A DNA stretch of 49,584 bases from an uncultured Gaiellales bacterium (GCA_964651695.1 CAZYYP010000003.1:1-49584), one strand, 5' to 3'. Counted from the stretch's first letter, positions 1 to 8,973 are shown. The notes: generated from the sequence alone by a model not told the origin. Numbers and translations are program-made.

Positions 1-169
1 TCGCCATACCGACCACCGAGCTCTCGTGGAGCGCGAGCACGAAGCGGAAGTCGGCCGGCAGGTCGGCGAGCAGCTTGATCTCGGTCGAGCCGGGGTTCGC
101 GAAGATCGACGTCAGGCCGTACTCGCGCCAGACGCCGAAGGTCGCCTCGCGGACAGTCTGCGGAGCCAT
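1..169 (-). CDS. TPP-dependent decarboxylase, benzoylformate-decarboxylase-like (5' end only; gene runs off the left edge)
   Basis: The reverse complement from the ATG at 169-167 reads MAPQTVREATFGVWREYGLTSIFANPGSTEIKLLADLPADFRFVLALHESSVVGMA. The pattern FxNPGSxE...L.D.P.DFR..LAL.E..VVG is the N-terminal pyrimidine-binding domain of TPP enzymes. By memory it most resembles benzoylformate decarboxylase. It is missing from the ORF track because it is truncated. Confidence 0.6.
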   Translation of the reverse strand, partial: MAPQTVREATFGVWREYGLTSIFANPGSTEIKLLADLPADFRFVLALHESSVVGMA

Positions 170-175
170 GCGCCC

Positions 176-239
176 GAGTTTACACAAATCATTTGCTTTT
201 TTACACCGCGGGTGTGACGATTGCCCACGTGACGGCCGA
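176..239. promoter_or_regulatory. AT-rich divergent promoter region with repeated TTTACAC and a short inverted repeat ACACC-gcg-GGTGT
   Basis: This is one of the very few AT-rich stretches in the window (gtttacacaaatcatttgcttttttacaccgcgggtgtgac). TTTACAC occurs at 179-185 and again at 200-206. The inverted repeat spans 203-215. The stretch lies between two divergent start codons (169 minus, 240 plus). Confidence 0.3.
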
Positions 240-1151
240 ATGAAGGTGACGATCGCGGGAGGCGGCGGAGGCGTCGGCGCATCGACGGCGTTCAACCTCG
301 TCCTGCGGCGCACGCCGCGCGAGATCGTGCTGCTCGACAGCCGGCCCGAGATGATCACCTCGCACGTCATGGATCTCGAGCAGGTGCTCGAGCAGGCGCC
401 CGGCTGCAGCGTGCGCGGCGGCGACGCGAGCGACCTCGCCGACGCCGACATCGTCGTCCTGATCTCCTCGACGGCGCTGACCGTCGGCACCTCGCGACTC
501 GAGTACCTCGGCAAGAACGCGCGCATCGCCGACGAGCTCGGCGACGCACTCCCCTCCGGCTGGGGTGGCCTGCTCGTCGTCGTCACGAATCCCGTGGACC
601 CGCTCGTGACGCGGCTGCACCGGCGCACGGGCATCGATCGCCGAAGGATCCTCGGGTACACGCTCAACGACAGCCTGCGCATGCGGACGGGCCTCGGCAG
701 GGCCATGGGCCTCCCGCCGGGGAGCGTCGATGCGTGGGTGCTCGGTGAGCACGGCGACCTGAGCGTGCCGCTCTACAGCCGCGTCGAGGTGAACGGCGAG
801 CGCATCGAGCCCAGCGACGCGCAGATCGCCGCCGCTGAGGACTACCTCCGCACCTGGTACGTCAAGCACGTCGCGCTCGACTCGGGGCGCTCGTCGACCT
901 GGACCTCGGGCCTCGGCGTGTCGCGCATGGTCGCCGCGCTCGACGGCGAGGGCGGGCTCTGGCCCTCGTCGGTCGTGCTCGAGGGCGAGTACGGCATCCA
1001 CGGCGTCGCGGTGACGGTGCCCGTGACCCTCGGGCGGAGCGGCGTCGAGCGCATCCACGAGTGGGAGCTCACCCCCGCCGAGCGCGCCGCCCTGCACGCA
1101 TCCGCCGAGTTCGTGCGTGGCGCCGTGGACGATTTCCCCCCGAAGGGGTAG
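240..1151 (+). CDS. L-lactate/malate dehydrogenase family 2-hydroxyacid dehydrogenase (atypical substrate loop)
   Basis: In-frame ATG at 240 inside ORF 75..1151 gives the N-terminus MKVTIAGGGGGVGAS (Rossmann fold). VTNPVD and the catalytic-His motif GEHGD are present. No other start codon lies between 75 and 240 that would keep a sensible N-terminus. Confidence 0.85.
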   Translation: MKVTIAGGGGGVGASTAFNLVLRRTPREIVLLDSRPEMITSHVMDLEQVLEQAPGCSVRGGDASDLADADIVVLISSTALTVGTSRLEYLGKNARIADELGDALPSGWGGLLVVVTNPVDPLVTRLHRRTGIDRRRILGYTLNDSLRMRTGLGRAMGLPPGSVDAWVLGEHGDLSVPLYSRVEVNGERIEPSDAQIAAAEDYLRTWYVKHVALDSGRSSTWTSGLGVSRMVAALDGEGGLWPSSVVLEGEYGIHGVAVTVPVTLGRSGVERIHEWELTPAERAALHASAEFVRGAVDDFPPKG

Positions 1152-1208
1152 TCCGACCTGCGGATAATTGCCGATTCACGAAACGGCCGTGCGTGCCGAT
1201 GGTCACGT

Positions 1209-3626
1209 ATGGGAATCGATTTCTCTGCGCCGGCACCCCCGCGGGACGCGTGCGGGCCGCGCCGCCCGCACGGCGTCATGTTCTGGGCGCTCGCGGCGAG
1301 CGCTCTCGTCCTCGTCGGCGTCGCAGCCTCACTCGCTGCTGGGCGGTTCGTCGCCAACGATCGCGCCTCCGCGTCCCGCCTGGCCTTCCACAACTCGTCG
1401 CAGGACGTCGCCGTGGCGCTGCAGCTCGCGATCCAGCGCGAACAGGATCTCGTGGTGAGCGCGGGAGCGTTCATGGCCAGGAACCCGAACGGCTCGCAGG
1501 CGCAATTCCTCGCCTGGAGCAGGTCCGTGCGTGCCCTGACTCGCTATACCGAGCTCGAGGGCATGGGGTTCGTGGTCATTGTGCCGCACTCCCGGCTGCC
1601 GGCCTTCGCCGCACGCATCAATGCCACGCAGCCCGCAGGTTCCGCTCCGTTCACGGTGTCGCCGGCGGGCAAGCGGCCGTTCTACTGCCTCGGTGTAGTC
1701 GGAATCGCGCGCATCCCGATCAGCGCCTCCGTCGGGTCCGACTACTGCGCGGCCAACGCGACGACGCTGAGGGCGCGCGATACGGGACAGGGTGCGTACT
1801 ACCCCGTCTCCCTCGGCTTCACGACCTGGCTCGGCATCGACACGCCGATCTACCGCGGAGGCGTCATTCCCGCCACGCGCGAGGCCAGGCGGAGCCGGTT
1901 CCTCGGCTGGGTCGGCGAGGCCATCGATCCCCACGTCCTCCTGAACCGGGCACTCGTCGGGCACGCAGGCACGGCCGTCAAGATGCAGTATGCGAGGGGC
2001 GGACCGACCGTCGTCTTCGCGAGCGCCGACTCCCCGCACCCGGCAGCGACGAGGACCATCGACCTCCACAATGGCTGGACGGTCACGGTCACCGGCCCGC
2101 TTCCGGCGGCCGGTGCGTTCGGCACCTGGAGCGGGCCCCTCCTCGCGATCGGCGTCAGCGCCGTCAGCCTGCTGCTCGGCCTGCTGCTGTTCGTGCTCGG
2201 GACCGGGCGCGTGCGGGCACTGCAGCTGGTCGAGGAGAAGACCCGCCTGCTCGGCCATCAGGCGCTCCACGACGGGCTGACCGGGCTGCCGAACCGGGCG
2301 CTCGTGCTCGACCGAGCAGAGCAGCTGCTGGCCGGCAACCGACGCCATCCCGACCGGGTCGCCGCCGCGCTCTATGTCGATGTCGACGGCTTCAAGACCG
2401 TCAACGACACCTACGGGCACGCATCGGGCGACCACGTCCTGACCGTCGTCGGACAACGGTTGCAGCGAGTCATGCGCGAGCACGACACCGTCGGGAGGCT
2501 GGGAGGCGACGAATTCGTGGTGCTGCTCGAGTCGACCCCCCAGGAAGCCTCGCCCGGCATGGTCGCGGCGCGACTGATCGAGGAGCTCCGCGAGCCGATC
2601 GCGCTGCCGGACGACGGCCGCTCGGTCACGGTCTCCGCGAGCATCGGCATCGCCTTCGGTCAGCGGCACTCCGCCGACGAGCTCCTGCGGGACGCCGACT
2701 TCGCCCTCTACGAGGCCAAGACGCTCGGCAAGGATCGCTACGCGCTCTTCGAGCAGCGGATGCAGACCGACGCCGCGGGCCGCGCCGAGCTCGAGACCGA
2801 CCTCGGCAAGGCGCTCGAGCAGCATCAGTTCTTCCTCCAGTATCAGCCCATCTTCGACCTCACGACTCAGAACGTGCTCGGGATCGAAGCACTCATCCGC
2901 TGGCGGCATCCCACGCGCGGCATCGTCGAGCCCGGCGCCTTCATCCCGATCGCGGAGGAGTCGGGGCTCATCTCCGGCATCGGGCGCTGGGTGCTCAGCG
3001 AAGCTTGCCGGCAGCTGGCGATCTGGCAGGCGAGCGGCGAAAGGATCGGCGTCTCGGTCAACGTGTCCGCCTACCAGCTCGACCGGGACGGCCTGGCACA
3101 GGACGTGGCGCGCGCGATCGGCGAATCGGGGATCGACCCCGCCTTGCTGACGCTCGAGATCACCGAGAGCGCGCTGATGCACGACGTCAACGCGGCGGCA
3201 CGGCGGCTCGAGGAGCTGAAGGCACTCGGCGTGCGGCTGGCGATCGACGATTTCGGCACGGGCTACAGCTCGCTGGCGTACCTGCGCCAATTCCCGGTCG
3301 ACGCGCTCAAGATCGACCGTTCGTTCATCTCCAACCTGGCGACCTCGCACGACGCGGGCGCGATCATCCACGCGCTCGTCCAACTCGGCAAGACGCTGAA
3401 CATCGAGACGCTCGCCGAGGGCATCGAGGACCACGCCCAGCTGCGCGAGCTCCAGCGCGAGCACTGCGATCACGGCCAGGGCTTCCTGTTCGCCCGGCCG
3501 CTCGACGCGTCCGCCGTGAAGGACTTCCTCGCGACGAAACGGCGGTCTGCGCGACTGCTTCCGGCGGAGGACGCACCCGCAGTGCCGGCGACTCCGGTCA
3601 GCCGGCCACGGCAGCGCTCCCGCTGA
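1209..3626 (+). CDS. Membrane sensor diguanylate cyclase/phosphodiesterase (CHASE-like periplasmic domain, GGDEF, EAL)
   Basis: TM helix (FWALAASALVLVGVAASLAAG), then a periplasmic region of about 270 aa, then a second TM (LLAIGVSAVSLLLGLLLFVLG). GGDEF domain with RLGGDEF and an RxxD I-site (REHD) 5 residues upstream. EAL domain with EALIRW, DDFGTGYSSL, KIDRSF and GQGFLF. Confidence 0.9.
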   Translation: MGIDFSAPAPPRDACGPRRPHGVMFWALAASALVLVGVAASLAAGRFVANDRASASRLAFHNSSQDVAVALQLAIQREQDLVVSAGAFMARNPNGSQAQFLAWSRSVRALTRYTELEGMGFVVIVPHSRLPAFAARINATQPAGSAPFTVSPAGKRPFYCLGVVGIARIPISASVGSDYCAANATTLRARDTGQGAYYPVSLGFTTWLGIDTPIYRGGVIPATREARRSRFLGWVGEAIDPHVLLNRALVGHAGTAVKMQYARGGPTVVFASADSPHPAATRTIDLHNGWTVTVTGPLPAAGAFGTWSGPLLAIGVSAVSLLLGLLLFVLGTGRVRALQLVEEKTRLLGHQALHDGLTGLPNRALVLDRAEQLLAGNRRHPDRVAAALYVDVDGFKTVNDTYGHASGDHVLTVVGQRLQRVMREHDTVGRLGGDEFVVLLESTPQEASPGMVAARLIEELREPIALPDDGRSVTVSASIGIAFGQRHSADELLRDADFALYEAKTLGKDRYALFEQRMQTDAAGRAELETDLGKALEQHQFFLQYQPIFDLTTQNVLGIEALIRWRHPTRGIVEPGAFIPIAEESGLISGIGRWVLSEACRQLAIWQASGERIGVSVNVSAYQLDRDGLAQDVARAIGESGIDPALLTLEITESALMHDVNAAARRLEELKALGVRLAIDDFGTGYSSLAYLRQFPVDALKIDRSFISNLATSHDAGAIIHALVQLGKTLNIETLAEGIEDHAQLRELQREHCDHGQGFLFARPLDASAVKDFLATKRRSARLLPAEDAPAVPATPVSRPRQRSR

Positions 3627-5019
3627 TCGGGTCTGCGGTCTGGCCGGTGCGCGCCTCGCCGGCGAGCGCCGCTGCGAGCTCGTCGAGGTCCGCCGCCGAC
3701 GGCACGGCGCGCAAGAGGGCGGCAAGTCGCCGAGCGGCGCCGGCAGACAGGCCGCCTTCGCGGCAGCAGTCGGCGAACTTGGCGTCGAGGTCGGCCTCGG
3801 AGAGCGGCGAGCGCGCGTCGCCGTAGGTGTGGTCGACACGGAGCCGGTCGATCGACCCGGGCGGCGACTCGACGATCACGACCGTGTAGCCGTCGCCAAA
3901 GCCGGGCTCGCCGAGGGGCGGCACGTCGCTCTCGCGCACCGTCACGGCGCCCATGCGCGAGCGCGCGCTCTCGTTGCGGAATCCATCGTCGCTGAAGTGC
4001 CCCAGCCGGAGCTCGCCGTGGGCGAGCGCGACCGAGACCGCGTAGGCCATGCTGAACTTGGCCTCGGTACCCGTTGCCGGCTCGTGCGCCAGGAGCGGGC
4101 GGAGGCCACCGGGCTCGACGACCACCTCGACATGCGCAGGCGCGCTCCCGCGGAGGCCGGCGCTCAGGCGCAGCGCCGCGTCGACCGCACGGTGCGTCGC
4201 GTAACAGGCGGGATAGCGCTTGAGCGCCCAGTCCTGCGGCCACTCGAGCCGCCAGCGCTCGAGCTCGGCCGGCAGCCGCGCCAGCCGCGCGGCATCCGGC
4301 TCGCCGAAGAGCGCGAAGAAGCCGCCGGGCGCCTCGAGTTGGCCGACGTTGGCCGTGAAGCCCTCCGCCGCGAGCTCGACGGCGGTCACCGCGTCGCGGG
4401 CCGCGACGCCCGCGTGCAGCGGCTTCGTCATCGTGCCGAAGTTCGCGAGGCTGCCGCTCGCGAGCGAGGCGACCAGGCCGAGGGCATTGCACGCCTGGCG
4501 CTCGTCGAGCCGCCGCAGGCTCGCGAGTGCGGCGACGGCGGCCACGCGGCCGACCGTGGAGGTCGTGTGCCAGCCGCGGCCGTAGTGCACGGAGCGCGGC
4601 AAGGCCTGCGTGACGGCCCGGAAGACCGCGGCGCCGACGTCGTGCGCCTCCGTCAGGGCCGGTCCGGAGGCGCCCGCCGCCTCGGCCTCGGCGAGCAGCG
4701 CCGGGATGAGCACGACGCTCGGGTGCATCATGCTGCCGGGCGATACGTCGTCCCAGTCGAGCGCATGCCCCGCCGTCCCGTTGAGCAGGGCCGCCTGCGC
4801 CGCCGAGACCCGCTCGCCGGTCGTCCAGACCGTCGAGCGCCCGGTCGTCCGCTCGCGCGCGCACCAACGGCGCAGGAGCGCATTCAGATCGGATGGCGTC
4901 GCGGCGACCGCGCACCCGACCGTGTCGACGAGCGCGCGCGCGAAGTGCTCCGCGTGCCCGGACGGCACGGGGTGCCTGGCGCACGCGAACGCCGCGAGAT
5001 CGGCCGTTGCCCCACTCAT
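3598..5019 (-). CDS. MmgE/PrpD family protein (2-methylcitrate dehydratase-like)
   Basis: ATG at 5019 (residue 114 of ORF 3598..5358) gives MSGATADLAAFACARHPVPSGHAEHFARALVDTVGCAVAA, a typical PrpD-family N-terminus. The 113 codons upstream are Arg/Ser-rich and overlap the neighbouring gene. Confidence 0.8.
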   Translation of the reverse strand: MSGATADLAAFACARHPVPSGHAEHFARALVDTVGCAVAATPSDLNALLRRWCARERTTGRSTVWTTGERVSAAQAALLNGTAGHALDWDDVSPGSMMHPSVVLIPALLAEAEAAGASGPALTEAHDVGAAVFRAVTQALPRSVHYGRGWHTTSTVGRVAAVAALASLRRLDERQACNALGLVASLASGSLANFGTMTKPLHAGVAARDAVTAVELAAEGFTANVGQLEAPGGFFALFGEPDAARLARLPAELERWRLEWPQDWALKRYPACYATHRAVDAALRLSAGLRGSAPAHVEVVVEPGGLRPLLAHEPATGTEAKFSMAYAVSVALAHGELRLGHFSDDGFRNESARSRMGAVTVRESDVPPLGEPGFGDGYTVVIVESPPGSIDRLRVDHTYGDARSPLSEADLDAKFADCCREGGLSAGAARRLAALLRAVPSAADLDELAAALAGEARTGQTADPISGSAAVAG

Positions 5020-5032
5020 GCGACCCACTTCA

Positions 5033-6229
5033 TCACACGAGGCTCTCGAGGAGGACGACGAGCTCCTCGCGCGGCGGGGCTCCGCCCGGCGCCCCGCCGG
5101 CGAGGAAGTCGCCGAGCACGGCATCGGCGAGCTCGCCCGTGTCCAGTGATCCGAACCCGGCCTCGCCGAGCCGGCGCGGCAGCCCGAGCCGCCGTATGAG
5201 CGCGTCCACGGCCGCAGCGGCCCGCTCGGCGACCTCGTCGTCGGAGGCACTCGGCTCGTCGACGTCGAAGGCCTGCGCGATGAGCCGCGCCTTGCCGCCG
5301 GCGCGCGGCGCGACGTAGCGCATGACGTCGGGCAGCGCGATGCACGATGCGAGGCCATGGCCGAGGCCGAGACGGCTCCCCAGCTGGTGACCGATCGCGT
5401 GCGAGAGGCCGAGCGTGCCCGCGGCCACCCCGAAGTAGGAGAGCCAGGACCCGAGCTGGCCGCGGGCGCGCACGTCCCGGTCGCCCGGCGCCGTGAGCGC
5501 GCCCGGCAGCGCCTCGCGGAGGTGGACGATGGCCGAGCGGCTCAGCTCGTCGACAGGCGGGGACGAGCGGGGCGAGAGGATCGTCTCGACCGCGTGGTCG
5601 AGTGCGCGCACGCCGGTCACGACCCACGCCCGAGAGGGCGTGGCGCACGCGAGCGCGGGATCCACGAGCACCGCGCGGCAGGCGAGGGCCGGGCCGGCGA
5701 ACAACTCCTTGCGGCCGCTCCAGGGACACGTGGCCGCGCCGCCGTCGCTGAACTCCGCCGACGAGAGCGTCGTCGGGATGGCGACGTGCGGAAGCGCCTG
5801 CGAGGCGGCGGTGGGGAACTCCGGCCCCGCGGGCCCGAGCCGCACGCGCAGGGCGTGCAGTTGCTGGATCGTCGTCACGCCCTCGGCGGCGCAGAGCGCC
5901 GCGAGGCGGGCGGTGTCGATCGCGGTCCCGCCGCCGACGCTCACCACGCCGTCGGCGCCCGCCTCCCGTGCAGCGCGCGCGGCGGCGAGAACGACGTCGT
6001 ACGGGGTGTGCGGGCGCACGTCGCCGAAGACCGCGAGGCGCCCGCCCGCGCTCGCCTGCAGACGGGCGACGAGCGACGAATCGGCCGCGGCCGACGGCGT
6101 CATGACGGCCAGGCAGCGGGTCAGCCCGAGCTCGTCGAGCACGTCGCCGAGGAGCTCGGCGCTCCCGGCCTGCGACCAGATCGCGCCCGTGAGCGGATAG
6201 CGGAAGGCGACGGGGGCCCCGGCGGTCAC
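5033..6229 (-). CDS. Iron-containing alcohol dehydrogenase family protein (maleylacetate-reductase-like)
   Basis: GTG at 6229 overlaps the upstream ALDH stop as GTGA and is in frame with ORF 5033..6964. Motifs seen: VSVGGGTAIDTAR, IPTTLSSAEF, LSHAIGHQLGSRLGLGHG. Confidence 0.8.
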   Translation of the reverse strand: MTAGAPVAFRYPLTGAIWSQAGSAELLGDVLDELGLTRCLAVMTPSAAADSSLVARLQASAGGRLAVFGDVRPHTPYDVVLAAARAAREAGADGVVSVGGGTAIDTARLAALCAAEGVTTIQQLHALRVRLGPAGPEFPTAASQALPHVAIPTTLSSAEFSDGGAATCPWSGRKELFAGPALACRAVLVDPALACATPSRAWVVTGVRALDHAVETILSPRSSPPVDELSRSAIVHLREALPGALTAPGDRDVRARGQLGSWLSYFGVAAGTLGLSHAIGHQLGSRLGLGHGLASCIALPDVMRYVAPRAGGKARLIAQAFDVDEPSASDDEVAERAAAAVDALIRRLGLPRRLGEAGFGSLDTGELADAVLGDFLAGGAPGGAPPREELVVLLESLV

Positions 6230-7686
6230 GCGAGCCTGACGCAGACGTTCTTGAGCTGGGTGTAGCCGGCGAGCGCCTCGATGCCCTTCTCCCGCCCGAA
6301 GCCGCTGCCCTTGCGCCCGCCGAACGGCAACTCGACGCCGCCGCCGGAGCCGTAGTTGTTGACGAAGACCTGACCGACCTCGAGGTCGCGCGCGAGCGAG
6401 AGCGCCTCGCCGACGTCGCTCGTCCAGACGCCCGCCGCGAGCCCGAACTCGCTGTCGTTGGCGAGCGCGAGGGCGTGCGCCGCGTCCCTCACCGGCGTGA
6501 TCGCGAGCACCGGCCCGAAGACCTCGCTGCGGCTGATCGCGGCCTGCGGATCGACCCGGTCGAGGATCGTGGGCAGCACGAAGTTGCCCCCTGCAGGGAG
6601 CGCTCCGGCCGCCGGCGCGCCGCCCGTTCGCAACTCGGCGCCGCCCGAGCCGGTCGCGGCGTCGACGTGCGCGAGCACGCGGTCGCGCTGCTCGGGCGAG
6701 ATCAGCGGCCCGACCTCGACGCCCTCCTCGCTCGCCCGGCCCACGCGCAGCGCCTCGGCGCGCTCGACGAGCAGATCTGCGAGCCGCTCGTGCAGATCCT
6801 CGCGCACGAGTACGCGCGACCCCGCCGAGCAGGCCTGCCCCGCGGTGCGGAACATCACGCCCGCGATCGCCGTGGCCGCCGCCTCCAGCTGCGCCTCGCC
6901 GAGCACGATCTGCGCCGACTTGCCGCCGAGCTCGAGCGTCAGCGGGACGACGCGGCGCGCGCACAGCGCCATGACGGCCGATCCGACGGCCCGCGAGCCC
7001 GTGAACGTGACGTGGGCGATGCCCTCGTGCGCGAGCAGCGCCTCACCCGTCGCCGCGGCCCCGTGGACGATGTTGAACGCCCCGGGCGGGAGGCCCGCCT
7101 CGCCGCAGATCCGCGCCAGCAAGGGGGCGCACAGCGGACTCCGCTCGGAGGCCTTGAGCACGACGGCGTTGCCCATCGCCAGCGCGGGCGCGAGGCTGCG
7201 GGAGATCTGCTGGAGCGGGAAGTTGAAGGGGGCGACGACGGCGCAGACGCCCCACGGCTGGTGCAGCGTGTAGTCGAGATGGGCGCTGTCGAGCGGGATC
7301 GTCTCGCCGCCGAACTTGTCGGCCAGGCCCGCATAGAACTCGAAGTAGCGCGCCGCGACCTGGGCGTCGCTGCGCGCGATCGCGAGCGGGATCCCGGCGT
7401 CGATGGCCTCGAACTGCGCCAGCAGGCCCGCCTGCGACCTGATCGCGTCGGCGATCCGCAGCAGCAACCGCGAGCGCTCGAGTGGCTCGACGGCGCCCCA
7501 GGCGCCGGCGAAGGCGGTGGTCGCCGACTCGACCGCGCTCGCGACGAGATCCGGCGCCGCGACCTGCATGCCCACCAGCACCCCGCCCGTCGAGGGATCG
7601 CGCACCTCGAACGCCTCGCAGGCGGGGTCCGCGACCTCGCGACCGTCGATCCACGCGGCGTGGGACTGGATCATCTGCAGGGACAC
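6226..7686 (-). CDS. NAD(P)-dependent aldehyde dehydrogenase
   Basis: 486-aa ORF with the ALDH hallmarks FTGSRAVG, ELGGKSAQIV (catalytic Glu), FRTAGQACSAGSR (catalytic Cys) and EVFGPV. Confidence 0.95.
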   Translation of the reverse strand: MSLQMIQSHAAWIDGREVADPACEAFEVRDPSTGGVLVGMQVAAPDLVASAVESATTAFAGAWGAVEPLERSRLLLRIADAIRSQAGLLAQFEAIDAGIPLAIARSDAQVAARYFEFYAGLADKFGGETIPLDSAHLDYTLHQPWGVCAVVAPFNFPLQQISRSLAPALAMGNAVVLKASERSPLCAPLLARICGEAGLPPGAFNIVHGAAATGEALLAHEGIAHVTFTGSRAVGSAVMALCARRVVPLTLELGGKSAQIVLGEAQLEAAATAIAGVMFRTAGQACSAGSRVLVREDLHERLADLLVERAEALRVGRASEEGVEVGPLISPEQRDRVLAHVDAATGSGGAELRTGGAPAAGALPAGGNFVLPTILDRVDPQAAISRSEVFGPVLAITPVRDAAHALALANDSEFGLAAGVWTSDVGEALSLARDLEVGQVFVNNYGSGGGVELPFGGRKGSGFGREKGIEALAGYTQLKNVCVRLA

Positions 7687-7696
7687 GGGACTCCGA

Positions 7697-8560
7697 TCAG
7701 CTCAGGCGCGCGCGAATGTCGTCGAGCACGGGCATCAGGTACACCTTGAATGCCTCGGGATCCTCGGTCATCGGGAAGTGCCCCAGGCCCTTCATCTCGG
7801 CGTACGTGGATCCGGCCACGGTCTCGTGCAGCCGGCGGCACACCTCCGGCGTCCCCGACCAGTCGTACTCGCCGCCGAGGATGTACATCGCGCACTTCGA
7901 CGTGTCGATCGTCTTCGCGGTCTCGCGTACGTCGTGCTCGCCGCCGTAGTAGTTGAGGTCGCCCTTGAAGACCACCGGCGCGCCCTGGCTGTAGACGAAG
8001 CCGACCTCGCGGCGGAACCGCTCGGGGCTCGTGGGCGACATCATCGTGAGCATGAGCGCGGCCTTCATCTCGTTGCCGATGCGCGGATGCCAGAACCACT
8101 CGAGCAGCCGCGAGGGCGCCGTCTCGGCGGTGTCGAGACCGGCCTCGAGGCCGATCACGGCGCGGAAGCTCTCGGGGTGGGAGATCGCGAGGTCGACCGC
8201 CAGATGGCCGCCCATCGAGGCGCCCATGTAGACCGGGCGGTCGAGCTCCAGGGCGTCGTTCATGGCGAGCATGAAGTCGAACAGGAACGACGTCGTGAGC
8301 TTGTACTCCTCCTTCCACCACTCCTTCTCGAGGGGCGGGAGCGATTTTCCGTGGTAGGGCAGGTCGACGGCGACGATGCGGAAGTCCCTTGTCATCTCGG
8401 GGTCCTCGAGCATGTGCCGGTAGAGGCGCCCGTCGGTGCCCGCGGTGTGCATGAGGATCAGCGGGATGCCGGCGCCGGCCTCCTCGTAGTAGACGCGGTA
8501 CTCGAGCCCCTGGACGAGCAGATAGACGTATCCGCCCCGGATCGGCGAGTGCGTGGCCAT
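7697..8560 (-). CDS. Alpha/beta-fold hydrolase
   Basis: ATG at 8560 (residue 115 of ORF 7697..8902) gives MATHSPIRGGYVYLLVQGLEYRVYYEEAGAGIPLILMHTAG. The nucleophile elbow GASMGG is present. The upstream part of the ORF is Arg/Pro-rich. Confidence 0.85.
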   Translation of the reverse strand: MATHSPIRGGYVYLLVQGLEYRVYYEEAGAGIPLILMHTAGTDGRLYRHMLEDPEMTRDFRIVAVDLPYHGKSLPPLEKEWWKEEYKLTTSFLFDFMLAMNDALELDRPVYMGASMGGHLAVDLAISHPESFRAVIGLEAGLDTAETAPSRLLEWFWHPRIGNEMKAALMLTMMSPTSPERFRREVGFVYSQGAPVVFKGDLNYYGGEHDVRETAKTIDTSKCAMYILGGEYDWSGTPEVCRRLHETVAGSTYAEMKGLGHFPMTEDPEAFKVYLMPVLDDIRARLS

Positions 8561-8577
8561 GGCGAGACTCTCCCTTC

Positions 8578-8973
8578 TCAGCTCTGGAGCGCGACGGGCG
8601 CGTCGCTGTGGATGGCGCGCATGACCTCGGTCATGCGCCGGACGGCCGCGTAGTAGGCGAAGAGGCTCTCGAGGTCGCCGTGCATCCGCAGTCCGTGGTG
8701 CAGCTGGGCCGGGAAGAGATCCTGCAGGCGGGGCGGCGGGATCTCGGCCAGGATGCCGGCCCAGACCGCGTCGTCGGCAGCGATCTCGATGTCGGACTCG
8801 TCGAAGAACGTCGCGGGCTCGGAGATTCCGGACACCCGGCCGTCGCGGATCACGACGATGAAGCTGTGATCCCCCATGCGGTAGCGCAGGCGCGCGTCCC
8901 ACGAGCGCGCGCAGAGCAGGAACTCCGGGTCGTCGTTGAGCGTCGTCTGCAGCTTGTCGGTCGCGATGCGCAC
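8578..8973 (-). CDS. Small SCP2/sterol-carrier-like domain protein
   Basis: GTG at 8973 sits 6 nt downstream of GAGG and lies below the ACAD stop at 9005. The sequence ...FLLCARSWDARLRYRMGDHSFIVVIRDGRVSG...DIEIAADDAVWAGILAEIPPPRLQDLFPAQLHHGLRMHGDLESLF has the SCP2-like pattern. The function call is tentative. Confidence 0.5.
   Translation of the reverse strand: MRIATDKLQTTLNDDPEFLLCARSWDARLRYRMGDHSFIVVIRDGRVSGISEPATFFDESDIEIAADDAVWAGILAEIPPPRLQDLFPAQLHHGLRMHGDLESLFAYYAAVRRMTEVMRAIHSDAPVALQS

Noticed and set aside
26-217. ORF 26..217 (+, 63 aa)
   Set aside because: It lies antisense to the well-matching TPP-enzyme N-terminus, runs into the AT-rich promoter region, and has no motif.
1061-3839. 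Very long ORFs 1061..3826 (+, 921 aa) and 1329..3839 (-, 836 aa) overlapping the GGDEF-EAL gene
   Set aside because: The translations are Arg/Pro/Ala/Gly-rich low-complexity strings with no family motifs. They are the usual alternative-frame and antisense shadow ORFs of a very GC-rich coding region. The 1209..3626 frame carries all the domain motifs.
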